NCBI GenBank assembly: GCA_001304015.1
Contig: LJUY01000008.1
Location: 7,221 to 71,220 of the forward strand
Direction: 5' to 3'
Length of the DNA stretch: 64,000 nt
From: a candidate division Zixibacteria bacterium SM23_81
GTDB taxonomy: Bacteria; SM23-81
A program made the position numbers and the translations under genes. Shown here one piece after another: positions 1-9,599 of the stretch. Under the pieces are notes generated by a model. It worked only from the letters and a program-made list of their open reading frames with translations, made no database searches and was not told the DNA's origin. Each line of letters opens with the position of its first letter. Within the stretch, counting starts at the first letter, position 1.

Positions 1-319
1 ATCGTAGTCCGAAGAACAGGACGGACCAGAGGGTATTGAGGGCCAGCTGAAGGATGAAGACAGCCAGTGCCTTTCTGCGTTGCTGCAGATCCCCGTCGGT
101 TCGCCAGATCAGGAAGAGGGAGATTCCCATCAACACATAGAGAGTCGTCCAGACCGGACCAAACACGCCGCTGGGCGGCGTGAAAGGTGGCTTATTCAGG
201 GTGGCGTACCAGGTGGGCACTGCGGCTCGGGTAAAAACAGAGCCGATGAAACCGGCCATCAGACAGAGGATGATGCTGCTGATCAACTTGAAGACAACGA
301 ACCCTTTTCGTTTTTCCAT
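1..319 (-). CDS. tspO: TspO/MBR family (tryptophan-rich sensory protein), partial: start codon at 317-319, 3' end beyond window start
   Basis: Reverse-strand translation from the ATG at 319 reads MEKRKGFVVFKLISSIILCLMAGFIGSVFTRAAVPTWYATLNKPPFTPPSGVFGPVWTTLYVLMGISLFLIW... This matches the W-rich TspO motifs (WYxxLxKPxxxPP, VWxxLY). It is absent from the ORF track because it has no stop inside the window. Confidence 0.65.
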   Translation of the reverse strand, partial: MEKRKGFVVFKLISSIILCLMAGFIGSVFTRAAVPTWYATLNKPPFTPPSGVFGPVWTTLYVLMGISLFLIWRTDGDLQQRRKALAVFILQLALNTLWSVLFFGLR

Positions 320-436
320 ATGTAATTCTCTCAAGGCGCCGTTGCGAGTGAATTCATTTTTTTCTCTGCTGATCCGTACCGTTCTTCGCTCTCGGCTTTG
401 TGACATCAAAGGCGAACATGTTTCTCTTTGAGCTTC

Positions 437-871
437 TTATTTCCCAAGAGCTTGTTGAAGGGATCTGTTTAATGCTTCGGGATCATCTGTGCCAATACGG
501 AATTTCTTCCCATTCTTCAACAGAAGCTCAATGGCATCTAAGCCGGAGACATTCCAAAGCCAACCATGGGGGATCCGTCTGATTCCCCATCCATAATACC
601 AGCGGTTTTTCACCTCCTGATGAGACTCGATATCTTGCAGTGGAAATTTCTTGCTAATAGCGCCGGGACCGAATCGAATGCGGAGGTGCTGCTCATCGAT
701 TTCCACTGTGAGGGTGGCAAACAGCACCAAACAAATTGCCAGGATGGCCAAGACGATCAGCGGGATCCAATTGAATTCATAGAGATCCATGAGCAAAAGG
801 ATGAGCACCATGGCGCCGCCTATCGTGGCGAATATCACATAGCCGATTTGAGTGTGACGATACTGGGTCAT
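437..871 (-). CDS. hypothetical membrane protein (two N-terminal TM helices + soluble PH-like/bPH_2-like domain)
   Basis: ORF 144 aa with hydrophobic segments IGYVIFATIGGAMVLILLL and IPLIVLAILAICLVLFATL followed by a soluble domain. Confidence 0.4.
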   Translation of the reverse strand: MTQYRHTQIGYVIFATIGGAMVLILLLMDLYEFNWIPLIVLAILAICLVLFATLTVEIDEQHLRIRFGPGAISKKFPLQDIESHQEVKNRWYYGWGIRRIPHGWLWNVSGLDAIELLLKNGKKFRIGTDDPEALNRSLQQALGK

Positions 872-901
872 AATCGTCTACCTCAATAGTTTGGTCAAAA
901 G

Positions 902-1510
902 TTATATTTTCTTAGTGAAGAGAATGGAAAGACTGTCCAGGTAATATGTGCGGGGCGTCTCCCATGTCCCCCAGATGCCAACTATGACATATACCTCATC
1001 CTCTGCGGCTGTGGTCACATTACATGTATAGCTCTTCTTCAGCCACCGGTAGCCCACATCCGTGCTGGAACCATTACCAGTGTGATCCTGATAGACGAGA
1101 TCGTCTCTAGTTTCAGGTCTTTGGGGTACAACGCCGGTGATGATGGTCCACAAGTTGGCCATGCCGAAGTCCGCGCTGGCAAAGGCATAGCTGATGTTCA
1201 CGTCATAGGAGCAATTGGATTGGACCGCAAAGGGATGCTCTATCCAGATTTTTCCAGCGTCGTTCCAATTCTCCAGGTAGAACTTTACAGCGGTGCTCCC
1301 AGCTTTGGCCATCTCTTGGGTGCGTCGAATTGACCATGTCAAAAGCGTGTCGCCCAGCTCTAGATCTATACCCCGCGCCTGCCATTGCTCCATGCCGTCT
1401 TCAAAGGAAAAGAGATGGGCGTCTGTCGCTGGCGGGGATTCAGTCGATTTGTCCTCACAACCGCAAAAAAGTACTAGCGTCCCGAGCACGAGATAGAGAA
1501 AGGGTCTCAT
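902..1510 (-). CDS. putative lipoprotein, function unknown
   Basis: ORF 202 aa with an N-terminal signal peptide ending in a lipobox-like LFCGCED. Confidence 0.45.
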   Translation of the reverse strand: MRPFLYLVLGTLVLFCGCEDKSTESPPATDAHLFSFEDGMEQWQARGIDLELGDTLLTWSIRRTQEMAKAGSTAVKFYLENWNDAGKIWIEHPFAVQSNCSYDVNISYAFASADFGMANLWTIITGVVPQRPETRDDLVYQDHTGNGSSTDVGYRWLKKSYTCNVTTAAEDEVYVIVGIWGTWETPRTYYLDSLSILFTKKI

Positions 1511-1554
1511 GATGAAAGCTCCAGAGAAAATTGGAGAATCGTATGGGGGTGGCG

Positions 1555-2328
1555 CTACCGATTCTGTTGTCTTTTATGCGCCCTCACCTGAACACTGGTG
1601 ATTTTTCCGGCCAACCTGTGGTCCAGCCCCGGCTCTACGTATTTGTGTTCGGCCACGATGGTCACATCCCGGAAGCCTGCTTTCCGGATGGTGTCTAGAT
1701 ATTCTTTTTTCTCTAGGGCTCCGGCGATGCAGCAGGCCCAAGCCTCAAAACTCTGCCGGATATCTTCGGGAAGCTTTCCCTCGGTGACCAGGTCGGATAT
1801 CAGCATCCTTCCTTGGGGCTTTAAAACCCGAAACGCCTCTTTGAAGGTGGCTAACTTGTCGGGGGAGAGGTTGATGACGCAGTTGCTGATGATGATGTCG
1901 ACACTGTTGTCTTCCACGGGTAAATTCTCTATTTCGCCCAGACGGAACTCGACATTCTGATAGTTGTCCTGTTTGGCATTTTCTTGGGCCCTGTCGATCA
2001 TCTCCGGTGTCATGTCCACACCGATGACTTTTCCCCTTTGGCCAACTTTTGGGGACGCCAGGAAAGCGTCCAGTCCTGTGCCGCAACCCAGGTCCAATAC
2101 GGTCTGACCCTCTTTCAGCTCGGCCAGTGCCGTGGGATTACCGCACCCCAGCCCCATGACCACGTCCGGCGGAAGTGAGCAGATTTCTTTCTCAGAATAC
2201 CCCATGGACTTCGCTTGCTCGATGATCTCCGGAGAGCAACAACTGGTCGGACAACAGGGCTCTTTTTTAGATGCGATCTTCCCATAACGATCCTGGACGA
2301 ATTTCTTGACCTCTTTTTCGTTCTTCAT
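1555..2328 (-). CDS. arsM: arsenite S-adenosylmethionine methyltransferase ArsM
   Basis: 257 aa with the SAM motif VLDLGCGTG and conserved ArsM cysteines ([23 protein letters not shown]), plus a Cys-rich N-terminus CCPTSCC. Confidence 0.8.
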   Translation of the reverse strand: MKNEKEVKKFVQDRYGKIASKKEPCCPTSCCSPEIIEQAKSMGYSEKEICSLPPDVVMGLGCGNPTALAELKEGQTVLDLGCGTGLDAFLASPKVGQRGKVIGVDMTPEMIDRAQENAKQDNYQNVEFRLGEIENLPVEDNSVDIIISNCVINLSPDKLATFKEAFRVLKPQGRMLISDLVTEGKLPEDIRQSFEAWACCIAGALEKKEYLDTIRKAGFRDVTIVAEHKYVEPGLDHRLAGKITSVQVRAHKRQQNR

Positions 2329-2399
2329 AATACCTCTCCAGCTTTTAACAGATCGTGTCTGACCCTTTTGGCTTTCTTCAATGACTTAAGTCGGCAATG

Positions 2400-2843
2400 T
2401 CACCTTCGCCCAATCCTGTCGGAAACATGCTGTTCCAGTGGCTTCCACATTTTCCGACTTGCCGTCTGGTAACCGAGCTTTTTGTAGAAAGCAAACGCCT
2501 CTTTATTGAAATCGCAGACATTCAGCTTAACGTGACGCACCTTTTTGTCCAGCGCCCATCGATGAGCGTGCTCCATGAGGGATCGACCAACTCCATGCCG
2601 GCGAAATCTCTTCCGCACCACGAGATTGTCGACGACGGCATAACGTCGTGGTACCATGATGGGAATGTCAGAGGCCTCTGGTATGAGAACGTGGACGAAG
2701 CCCATAATGTGACCCTCGCATTCGGCGACGAGCAGAGCGGCATTCTCGTCCGCCAGGATACTGGTAAAATGGACTTTTCTCCAAGCATCGCCAGCGGTAT
2801 TCTGAAACACGTGGGGGAGAACCTGGCGATGTAGAATCTCCAC
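2400..2843 (-). CDS. GNAT family N-acetyltransferase
   Basis: 147 aa with a GNAT acetyl-CoA-binding motif VRKRFRRHGVGRSLM. Confidence 0.7.
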   Translation of the reverse strand: MEILHRQVLPHVFQNTAGDAWRKVHFTSILADENAALLVAECEGHIMGFVHVLIPEASDIPIMVPRRYAVVDNLVVRKRFRRHGVGRSLMEHAHRWALDKKVRHVKLNVCDFNKEAFAFYKKLGYQTASRKMWKPLEQHVSDRIGRR

Positions 2844-2983
2844 TTCTTGGAAAGCTTTGGACAGTTCCTAGCAATCCCTCTGGGTTGACTCACGAATTGA
2901 AAAGTCCATATGTTTTGTCTTTCTCTGGATCGTTCCTGCCCAATGTTTTGGATTTTGCCAAACGAGAGGGATCTTATTGCCCG

Positions 2984-3541
2984 CTAAAGGAGATGTTCAA
3001 GGAGTATCTTTATTCCCATGGCGATCAAGATGAAACCGCCGACGAGCTCGATCTTGTTCTCGAAAAAGTGACCTAACCTATTGCCGATAAAGGCTCCAAG
3101 GAAGGATAATAAAAAGGTCACGAGTCCGATGAGTATGGCCGGCGTGATGATGGCAATGTTGATAAATGCGAAGCTGACGCCGACGGCTAAAGCATCGATG
3201 CTTGTGGCCACAGATAAGATGAGCAAAACATAAACATCCAGGGGATTCATCTCCTTTTTCTGCGACTCCATCTGCAACGACTCGTAAGCCATCTTGCCGC
3301 CTATCAGACTCAGCAGTCCGAATGCGACCCAATGGTCCACGCCGGAGATGAAATCTTTCAGGCTCATTCCCGCCAGCCAACCGATCACGGGCATGGCCGC
3401 CTGAAATGATCCGAAAAAGAGGCCAATTCTCAAAGCATGTCCGATTCTGAGCCGCTTTATGGCGATGCCGCTGGTGATGGACACGGCCAAGGCATCCATA
3501 GCCAAGCCAAATGCGATGAATAGAATGGTGATGGTGTTCAT
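2984..3541 (-). CDS. mntP: manganese efflux pump MntP
   Basis: 185 aa polytopic membrane protein with the duplicated DALAVS/DALAVG motifs typical of the MntP/YebN family. Confidence 0.8.
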   Translation of the reverse strand: MNTITILFIAFGLAMDALAVSITSGIAIKRLRIGHALRIGLFFGSFQAAMPVIGWLAGMSLKDFISGVDHWVAFGLLSLIGGKMAYESLQMESQKKEMNPLDVYVLLILSVATSIDALAVGVSFAFINIAIITPAILIGLVTFLLSFLGAFIGNRLGHFFENKIELVGGFILIAMGIKILLEHLL

Positions 3542-3544
3542 AAA

Positions 3545-4192
3545 CTATCTCCGGAAAACGCCCTCGACCTCTGCGTGTCGTTCGAATGGACCATCACCGT
3601 GCCTGTGCCTGGGCCCCAGGCCTTCCCAGTGGTCGACCACCTTGAAGTCGCAGAAGAGAGAAAGGATTTCCCCTTCTTCCAGGTGGGTTCGGAAGTGCCC
3701 CCGCTCATCTGTAAATGAGTTCTTTCCGCTGGATTTCCATTCCCGAGAACGTCGGTTGCGAGCAAAGGACGGGTCCTTGGTGGTGAATGCTCTGGCAAAT
3801 ACGAGGCTTCCTGTCCGTGTCCACAACAGAATCTTTTCCAGAAGCAGCTCGATGGACGCCCAGGATAAGATTTGAATCAGTCCGAATATCAGAATGCCCG
3901 AGAAGAAGTCAGTTTCAGGTTCGAAGGTTTCGAAGCTCGATTGGTATGTTCTTATGTCGAGATTCTCCTTCGCTGCCATGGCCGATACCGTCTCGATGGC
4001 CACTTTTGACGAATCGATGGCGTCCACCTTAAAGCCCTCTCTGGCCAGAAACAATGCATGTCGTCCCTGGCCAGCTCCGATATCTAAGATTCTGTGAGAC
4101 TTATCAAGCAAATGGCGATGATGTTTGAGGAGCGGCTCCGGCTCGGCGCCGAAGTAGCTTTTTGTTTTGCAATATACCTCATCGTACCGCAT
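3545..4192 (-). CDS. class I SAM-dependent methyltransferase (TehB-like)
   Basis: 215 aa with motif I ILDIGAGQGRHALFLA and TehB-like overall length and arrangement. Its stop is 4 bp from the mntP start. Confidence 0.6.
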   Translation of the reverse strand: MRYDEVYCKTKSYFGAEPEPLLKHHRHLLDKSHRILDIGAGQGRHALFLAREGFKVDAIDSSKVAIETVSAMAAKENLDIRTYQSSFETFEPETDFFSGILIFGLIQILSWASIELLLEKILLWTRTGSLVFARAFTTKDPSFARNRRSREWKSSGKNSFTDERGHFRTHLEEGEILSLFCDFKVVDHWEGLGPRHRHGDGPFERHAEVEGVFRR

Positions 4193-4215
4193 CCTGAAGA
4201 GTCCTCAACCTTTCC

Positions 4216-4827
4216 CTATTTGCCTTTGCGCTGTTTTAAAAGTGATGGCAGATGCATCCTCTTATGAAAAGGTCTTCTGTATGGATATATCTCTTTGCTG
4301 ACAGATCTAATATCTTCTATCGAATAAAACGCTTTTGGGTTAAATCTTCTGATGATTCCAACGACCCTTTGAAGGTCACCGCGATTTATCATAGTATAAA
4401 TGACATTGACGTGTCCAGTTGCACCATGAGCGTCAACACTGGTGACTCCAAAACTGGCGGATTTAAGAAAGTCAATCAATTCAGATGAATCTTTTCCGGT
4501 AATAATTCGTACCAGCAGGACTCCCATGGCTAATTTCTCTTCCAGGTACATTCCTACATAAGTTCCTGTAGCAAAGCCGCCGGCATAGGCAATATAACAG
4601 GCAATATTGGATAAATTCCTCATGATCTGTCCGATGGCCAGAAGCCAGATGAGCAATTCAAAAAATCCGACCAACGGAGCAAGATACTTTGTGCCTCTGG
4701 AAACAAAAATAATGCGGATAGTTCCTAGGCTGACGTCAAAGACCCGAGCTATAAAGATAAGCAGCGGTAAGATAAGCCACGTGTATATATCGGTACCGGT
4801 CAGTGCTAAAAAGGCCATGGTGATCAT
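4216..4827 (-). CDS. UPF0316/DUF2179-domain membrane protein
   Basis: 203 aa with three N-terminal TM helices and a C-terminal soluble domain resembling DUF2179 (VTSVDAHGATGH...). Confidence 0.5.
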   Translation of the reverse strand: MITMAFLALTGTDIYTWLILPLLIFIARVFDVSLGTIRIIFVSRGTKYLAPLVGFFELLIWLLAIGQIMRNLSNIACYIAYAGGFATGTYVGMYLEEKLAMGVLLVRIITGKDSSELIDFLKSASFGVTSVDAHGATGHVNVIYTMINRGDLQRVVGIIRRFNPKAFYSIEDIRSVSKEIYPYRRPFHKRMHLPSLLKQRKGK

Positions 4828-4885
4828 CTCCCTTATGGCGGTTAACTGTTATGTGAAATCGTAGGTTAGGGGGCGTTTACATCGA

Positions 4886-5476
4886 TTATTCTCTAATGAA
4901 GTAGCGCATAATTGGCCGCGTTTCCGATCTCCGGGCCACCTCTGTAAATCCTACCTTGCGGAATGTAGAAGCAAGACCGTGATATGCAAAGACGTCGGGC
5001 ATATTAGCTTTTTTGGGCTCCACTGGATATCCCTCGACAATTCTAGCCCCCTGTTCTTGGGCATAAGCCACCGCAGCCTCCAGAAGTGCCATTGAAACAC
5101 CTTTATGGCGATAGGATTTGGCCACCACGAAACACACCACTGACCAGACCGGTTTGTGGTCGACTCTCTTCAATATCCGCGATCGCTCCAAAACCGGATA
5201 TGATTCTCGAGGGCCAACTGAACACCACGCGATGGGCTGTCCATCCGCATAGGCGAGGAGTCCGGGCACTTCACCGGAATCGACGAGTTTCTTGAGAGCT
5301 TTTCTATTCCCCTCGCCCTTTTGCTTCTCAAACTCGGAGCGTTTCAGTCGCCACCACATGCACCAGCAGCCGCCACAAGCCCCTCGCGGTCCAAACAGCG
5401 TTTCCAGATCTGGCCAGCGCTCAGGAGTAAGGGGGTGGAAATCCAGATGAGGGAGAGGTTCTGTTTGAGAGGGCAT
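4886..5476 (-). CDS. GNAT family acetyltransferase
   Basis: 196 aa with a GNAT fold signature (VVAKSYRHKGVSMALLEAAVAYAQEQGARIVEGYP). Confidence 0.6.
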   Translation of the reverse strand: MPSQTEPLPHLDFHPLTPERWPDLETLFGPRGACGGCWCMWWRLKRSEFEKQKGEGNRKALKKLVDSGEVPGLLAYADGQPIAWCSVGPRESYPVLERSRILKRVDHKPVWSVVCFVVAKSYRHKGVSMALLEAAVAYAQEQGARIVEGYPVEPKKANMPDVFAYHGLASTFRKVGFTEVARRSETRPIMRYFIRE

Positions 5477-5610
5477 CGGTTTTTTCCTCCCAAGAAAGGA
5501 GTCCGAAATTTGTGTAGAGATGCAAAATATGACAGTAATACCTGCGCTTGCAGACAGCTCACAAAAGTGGGTTCTTATAGATTCTGATTAGGACGAGGTC
5601 CCTACCTCCT

Positions 5611-5662
5611 ACTTTCGTAAGAATAAGCTTCGTGTGAATGACAGTACGTAAGAAAAGCCATG
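5611..5662. repeat. copy 1 of an imperfect ~51-bp direct repeat (actttcgtaagaataagcttcgtgtgaatgacag...aaaagccatg)
   Basis: Roughly 75% identical to 5875-5925 in the same non-coding interval. Confidence 0.6.
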
Positions 5663-5843
5663 ATTGTTTAGAAATCCAGGATACGAGCATCAAGAACGAC
5701 AGACGAGTTTCGTAACGAGCTCCGAAACCGATAAACGACTAACTATATTTTTGGTCATGCCTGCGCATGCAGGCATCTCATAAAACAGGAGTCTTTACAG
5801 ATTTTGGCAAGAACAAGAATCCTGCTCCCCGCTCCCCGCATAC

Positions 5844-5894
5844 GCGGGGATAGGCTTCGCGGGGATAAGTTCCCACTTTCGTGGGGATAAACTT
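5844..5894. repeat. three tandem ~15-bp units (cgcggggataggctt / cgcggggataagttc / cgtggggataaactt) with adjacent ccccgc-atac-gcgggg hairpin; overlaps copy 2 (5875-5925) of the 51-bp repeat
   Basis: Read directly in the sequence. The unit cgYggggataaRctt is also echoed in degenerate form inside copy 1 (cgtaagaataagctt). Confidence 0.6.
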
Positions 5895-5993
5895 TGCAGG
5901 AATGACAGAAAGAAAAACGGCCATGTTATTCGCATGAATATATTGGGTGCTTCCTAGAGCTCTTATAATACCCAAATTTGAGGCCATGAAATT

Positions 5994-6527
5994 TTACTCT
6001 TTCCGTGTGAAGTGATTCTCAATGTACAACTCAAACTCTTTCTCAGGGGCGGCCAGATCAAAAATCTCGGCAAATTCATCGTCGTTGAGAATGTGACAGG
6101 TTATTCTCCCTCGCCAACCTGGAGGAATATTTTCTATGCTCTCCGTCAAAAAGATGAAAGTCTTGCCATCGCTGGCCAGGGTATCGAGGACATACTGGTT
6201 AACAAAGCCCTCCACATGGAATTGTCGCCAGACGAACGTATCTCTGATGCCATCGTGGCTGATAAAACCCAAATCCTGGTGCACCTCTCCCTTCGGGTTT
6301 TGCTCCTGAGGTTCATAGATGGCCCTGTTTGTCACCTGGAGAAAATTTTCCTCCAGAACAAATTGATACTCTCGATCCCCAGTGGAGATGCCAGAACATC
6401 CCTTTCCCGTGCTCGTCCACGCCCCGGCGAAAAACCTAAAAGGCTCCCAGGGATCTTGTTTATCGTCTGTTTGTGCAAAGAGGATGCTGGGTAATAGAAC
6501 TAAGAAGATAAGAAACTTTTTATTCAT
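5994..6527 (-). CDS. secreted hypothetical protein
   Basis: 177 aa with a cleavable signal peptide MNKKFLIFLVLLPSILFAQT and no recognisable motif. Confidence 0.4.
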   Translation of the reverse strand: MNKKFLIFLVLLPSILFAQTDDKQDPWEPFRFFAGAWTSTGKGCSGISTGDREYQFVLEENFLQVTNRAIYEPQEQNPKGEVHQDLGFISHDGIRDTFVWRQFHVEGFVNQYVLDTLASDGKTFIFLTESIENIPPGWRGRITCHILNDDEFAEIFDLAAPEKEFELYIENHFTRKE

Positions 6528-6624
6528 GGGGAATCCTCCCTGTGATTATTACCAGGCCCGTAAGTTTTAAAAACCTGGCAAGTGGTAGAGAGATATAAGA
6601 TCCATGGGGATAAACGTTTTAATG

Positions 6625-7692
6625 TCACTGCGATAACAATCTGTCAGGGTATTTCAAGCGAATTTTCTGGGCACGCCTTTTTAATTTTCTGGCCTCTTCT
6701 ATTCTCCCAAATTTCTGGAACAGCGCTGCCAAATTCTCTAAAACAACCGCCACCTCAAGATGGTCAGGCCCCAAGGTTTTCTCAAATATCGTCAAAGCCC
6801 ACTCAAGAATCGGCTCTATTTCCTCATACTTACCCTGAGCATAGTATGATGCTGCCAAAAAATTGAGCGCGGTTGCCACGCTAGCATGATTAATCCCATG
6901 TACTTTCTTGACTATCGTCAGTACCCGTAGGTATAGCGCTTCACATTGTGCGTATTTGCCTTGGACTCTATAGAGCGCTGCCAGCTTGTAAAGTTGCGTG
7001 ACCATATCGGTATGATACTTCCGCAGGTTCTTCTGGCATATTTTCAGTGTTCGTTTGAGAATAGATTCCGACTCTTCATATTCGCCCCAAGATTTGTAGA
7101 GTCCTGACAGATTGTTTAGGGTAGTTATAAGGCTTAAATCATCTGGTCCAGTAATCTTTTCACGTATTGTCAATGCTTGTTTATAGAGGTGCTCGGCCTG
7201 TTCAAATTTATTCTGAGCACCATATATTACCGCCAGGTTGTTCAAGATAGTGGCCAAATATGGATGCTCTGATCCCAGGGCTTTTTGACAAATTGACAGT
7301 GCCCGTTTGTAGAGCGATTCAGCTTCTTCATGTTTACCAAGGTCTATAAGGATTCTAGCGAGATAGTTGAGGGAAGTTAATATCTTAAGATCTTCTGGCC
7401 CAAAGGTTCGTTCGGCAACTTGCAGTGCCTCTTCGTAGATCTCAACTGCTTCTGAAGGTCGCCTCTGTTTGTTAAGCGCTTCGGCCTGATGCATCAATTT
7501 CTCCCAACGTTTGGTCATTTTGTATTCATATCGCGATTCATAAAGCGTCGTCGAGGGCAGCAGACCAAATGCAGTGCAGGTCTCAAGGAAAAGCTCTCCC
7601 AGTATTTTGAATACCCAGCCCATTAAGAAGAAAAAACCTTCAATAACCTTTCTTGAGCTGAATTTTTCTATGTTGGCGATGTGGGTTTGCAT
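6625..7692 (-). CDS. tetratricopeptide-repeat protein (TPR_10/TPR_12-like) with an N-terminal hydrophobic segment (residues 18-40; possible membrane anchor, not verified)
   Basis: 355 aa with at least seven 42-residue repeats carrying the A/L/Y periodicity of TPRs (…ALNNLAVIYGAQNKFEQAEHLYKQAL…). Confidence 0.7.
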   Translation of the reverse strand: MQTHIANIEKFSSRKVIEGFFFLMGWVFKILGELFLETCTAFGLLPSTTLYESRYEYKMTKRWEKLMHQAEALNKQRRPSEAVEIYEEALQVAERTFGPEDLKILTSLNYLARILIDLGKHEEAESLYKRALSICQKALGSEHPYLATILNNLAVIYGAQNKFEQAEHLYKQALTIREKITGPDDLSLITTLNNLSGLYKSWGEYEESESILKRTLKICQKNLRKYHTDMVTQLYKLAALYRVQGKYAQCEALYLRVLTIVKKVHGINHASVATALNFLAASYYAQGKYEEIEPILEWALTIFEKTLGPDHLEVAVVLENLAALFQKFGRIEEARKLKRRAQKIRLKYPDRLLSQ

Positions 7693-8092
7693 TATGGGTC
7701 CAGAACATTCAAAGACATAAGGTTTATGAACTTTCTTCTCAGCTCGTCACGCCACTTTCTCCTTTGCCAGTACCCGCACATCCATGGGCGTGCCTTTCCG
7801 TCCATCTCGGATCAAGGAGATGGCTTCCTTTGGACACTGGCCGATGCAGGCCCCGCAGGGGGATATCTTGGTTGAGGGTGATGACGGGCAGGCCGAGAGC
7901 GTTTTCATAAAGTGCTTATCTCCGCCTGATGAGAGGTTCGGCAACTATGCGCGGCATAATAAAACTTTTACCAACTGCTCAGGGCAACTGTTACAAAAAC
8001 AAAAAGACGGCCCATCCGCTGGACCGCCGTTCCATCGCAATGCGCAGTCACGTATACCTTTCCTGAGATTCTCCATCATCCCCCCCGCACCC

Positions 8093-9220
8093 CTACTTCT
8101 CGATGAGCTCCACGTTGGCCCGGGGCAGAATCACCTTCTCCCCATTCTCCAGCTCCACCTCCGCAACTCTCACTTTGGCCTCTGTGGGCAGCTTCTGGAG
8201 GGCAGCAGGAAGATCGGTCACCGTGGCCAATATGCCGAAGTAGGGCTGGCGGATGATGCGGATCTGGCTGCCGATAACCATTCCCTCGCTCTCCTTTTTC
8301 TTCTCGGTCTCTTTTTTGACGGTGGTCTCATCCAGGGGAATGACTACCTCAGGACGGATGACTCCAGCCCGGATCTGGGTGGCGCCGTTAATGGAGGCTT
8401 TCTTGCCCTCTAGGTTCTTCAAGAGCTGGAACGTCCTCTGGGCCATACGGATTTTGCCGAAGCCCTCGGTGATCACCAAGGTGGTGCCCAGCTCCTCGTG
8501 GCCGGTGATGGCCACGCCGAGATCGTACCCCAGAATCTCCTTGACATCCTGGTCGCTGAACCCGCCCACCACCACTCCTTTAGCCCGCAGCTTGATGGCT
8601 TTACGCAGCGCCGGCAGCTCGATCAAAGAACCACCCACCAGCACTTTTCCTCGGAACCCCTCATTGATCTCGGATTCGGTGAGGACCTCATCGGGTCCGG
8701 AGGAAGCCATGGCCAGCTCGCCATAAGCCTCTCCACCGAGCCCAAAAATTCCCTGAATGAAAGAGGCCGTTGTCTCCACCGCTACGCCCTCCTTGGGGAA
8801 GACCTCGGTCACCATCCCGTCGATGTAGGCTTTCACCTCCACGGGGATGGGCGCTTCCCGGATCAGCACCTGACCGGTCACTTGCGACACACTTTCCACT
8901 GTGCCCGCCACCGGCGATTTATAGGTGTTCTTGAACAGGCCGAAGAGTCCGCCACTTCGCGCCAGAGGTTCAACTTTCTCGATCTCATCTCCCTCTTTCT
9001 TGAGCATGAACTCCTTGATGTCCGCGGGCTCGATGCTCAGGAGGTTGGCCACGTTGATGGGTTGCACATTGCCGGGCAGGTCGGTTTTGGCCACTACTTG
9101 GTCCGCGCTGACCGCGTCACCCTCTGTGACCAGCACCTCTCCGGGAAGAGGCAAACGGCGTTCCTTGCGCAGCATAGTCCTTTCGGCAACCCTCAATCCT
9201 GGCGTATAGGCATGGGCCAC
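8093..9220 (-). CDS. conserved hypothetical protein (unknown fold), with its own repeat-rich upstream region
   Basis: 375 aa clean ORF with no motif I can assign. It lies downstream of the MutL-family ATPase gene. Confidence 0.4.
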   Translation of the reverse strand: MAHAYTPGLRVAERTMLRKERRLPLPGEVLVTEGDAVSADQVVAKTDLPGNVQPINVANLLSIEPADIKEFMLKKEGDEIEKVEPLARSGGLFGLFKNTYKSPVAGTVESVSQVTGQVLIREAPIPVEVKAYIDGMVTEVFPKEGVAVETTASFIQGIFGLGGEAYGELAMASSGPDEVLTESEINEGFRGKVLVGGSLIELPALRKAIKLRAKGVVVGGFSDQDVKEILGYDLGVAITGHEELGTTLVITEGFGKIRMAQRTFQLLKNLEGKKASINGATQIRAGVIRPEVVIPLDETTVKKETEKKKESEGMVIGSQIRIIRQPYFGILATVTDLPAALQKLPTEAKVRVAEVELENGEKVILPRANVELIEK

Positions 9221-9306
9221 AGGTGGCCTCCTTTCCGTAAAAATACCATTGCAAAATGCAAATTGTAAAGTTTAAATTGGAAATTTGAAAATCGTGATCG
9301 GCGTAT

Positions 9307-9334
9307 TCGGTAATCGTTAATCGGTGATCGTTAA
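9307..9334. repeat. tandem 14-bp direct repeat tcggtaatcgttaa / tcggtgatcgttaa in promoter region of 8093..9220
   Basis: Read directly. The surrounding 9221-9599 is AT-rich with further short repeats (aaattttaaattttaaatt, ttgccattgcaattgccatt, ctctctcaa x2). Confidence 0.5.
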
Positions 9335-9599
9335 AAAAGCCGGGATCCGAGAATCGGGGTCCGCTAAAACATCATAGCAAATTTTAAATTTTAAATTGAC
9401 CCCACTCCACCACGGCCGACTGCCAACTGCTAACATTTCTTTTATTGCCATTACTATTCTTCTTTTGCTATCTCCGGCTTACTGCCACCCAACACAATCT
9501 TCAACCAGGGCAAGGGAACCTCGCCCCTACAATTTTATTATATCTATTGCTTATTGCCATTGCAATTGCCATTTTCCCCAGCTCTCTCAACTCTCTCAA

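Noticed and set aside
80-431. Plus-strand ORFs of 81 aa and 83 aa at the window start.
   Set aside because: Their sequences are not protein-like. The minus strand encodes a clear TspO N-terminus over the same bases.
7747-7944. A 65-aa ORF with a ferredoxin-like CGACIGQCPKEAI motif between the TPR gene and the 375-aa gene.
   Set aside because: Only a partial CxxCxxxCP pattern is present, with no complete four-Cys cluster motif, and the ORF is short. It may be a remnant of a 4Fe-4S protein or chance. It is not called as a gene.
8253-9268. Plus-strand ORFs (157 aa, 256 aa, 94 aa) inside the 8093-9220 gene, and similar antisense ORFs inside hppA (23404-24809), rpsF (21360-22105), pth/rplY (25176-26112) and MutL-like (10030-11382).
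   Set aside because: They have low-complexity, Arg/Pro/Ser-rich compositions typical of antisense frames of GC-rich genes. Each is fully embedded in a gene with strong homology on the other strand.
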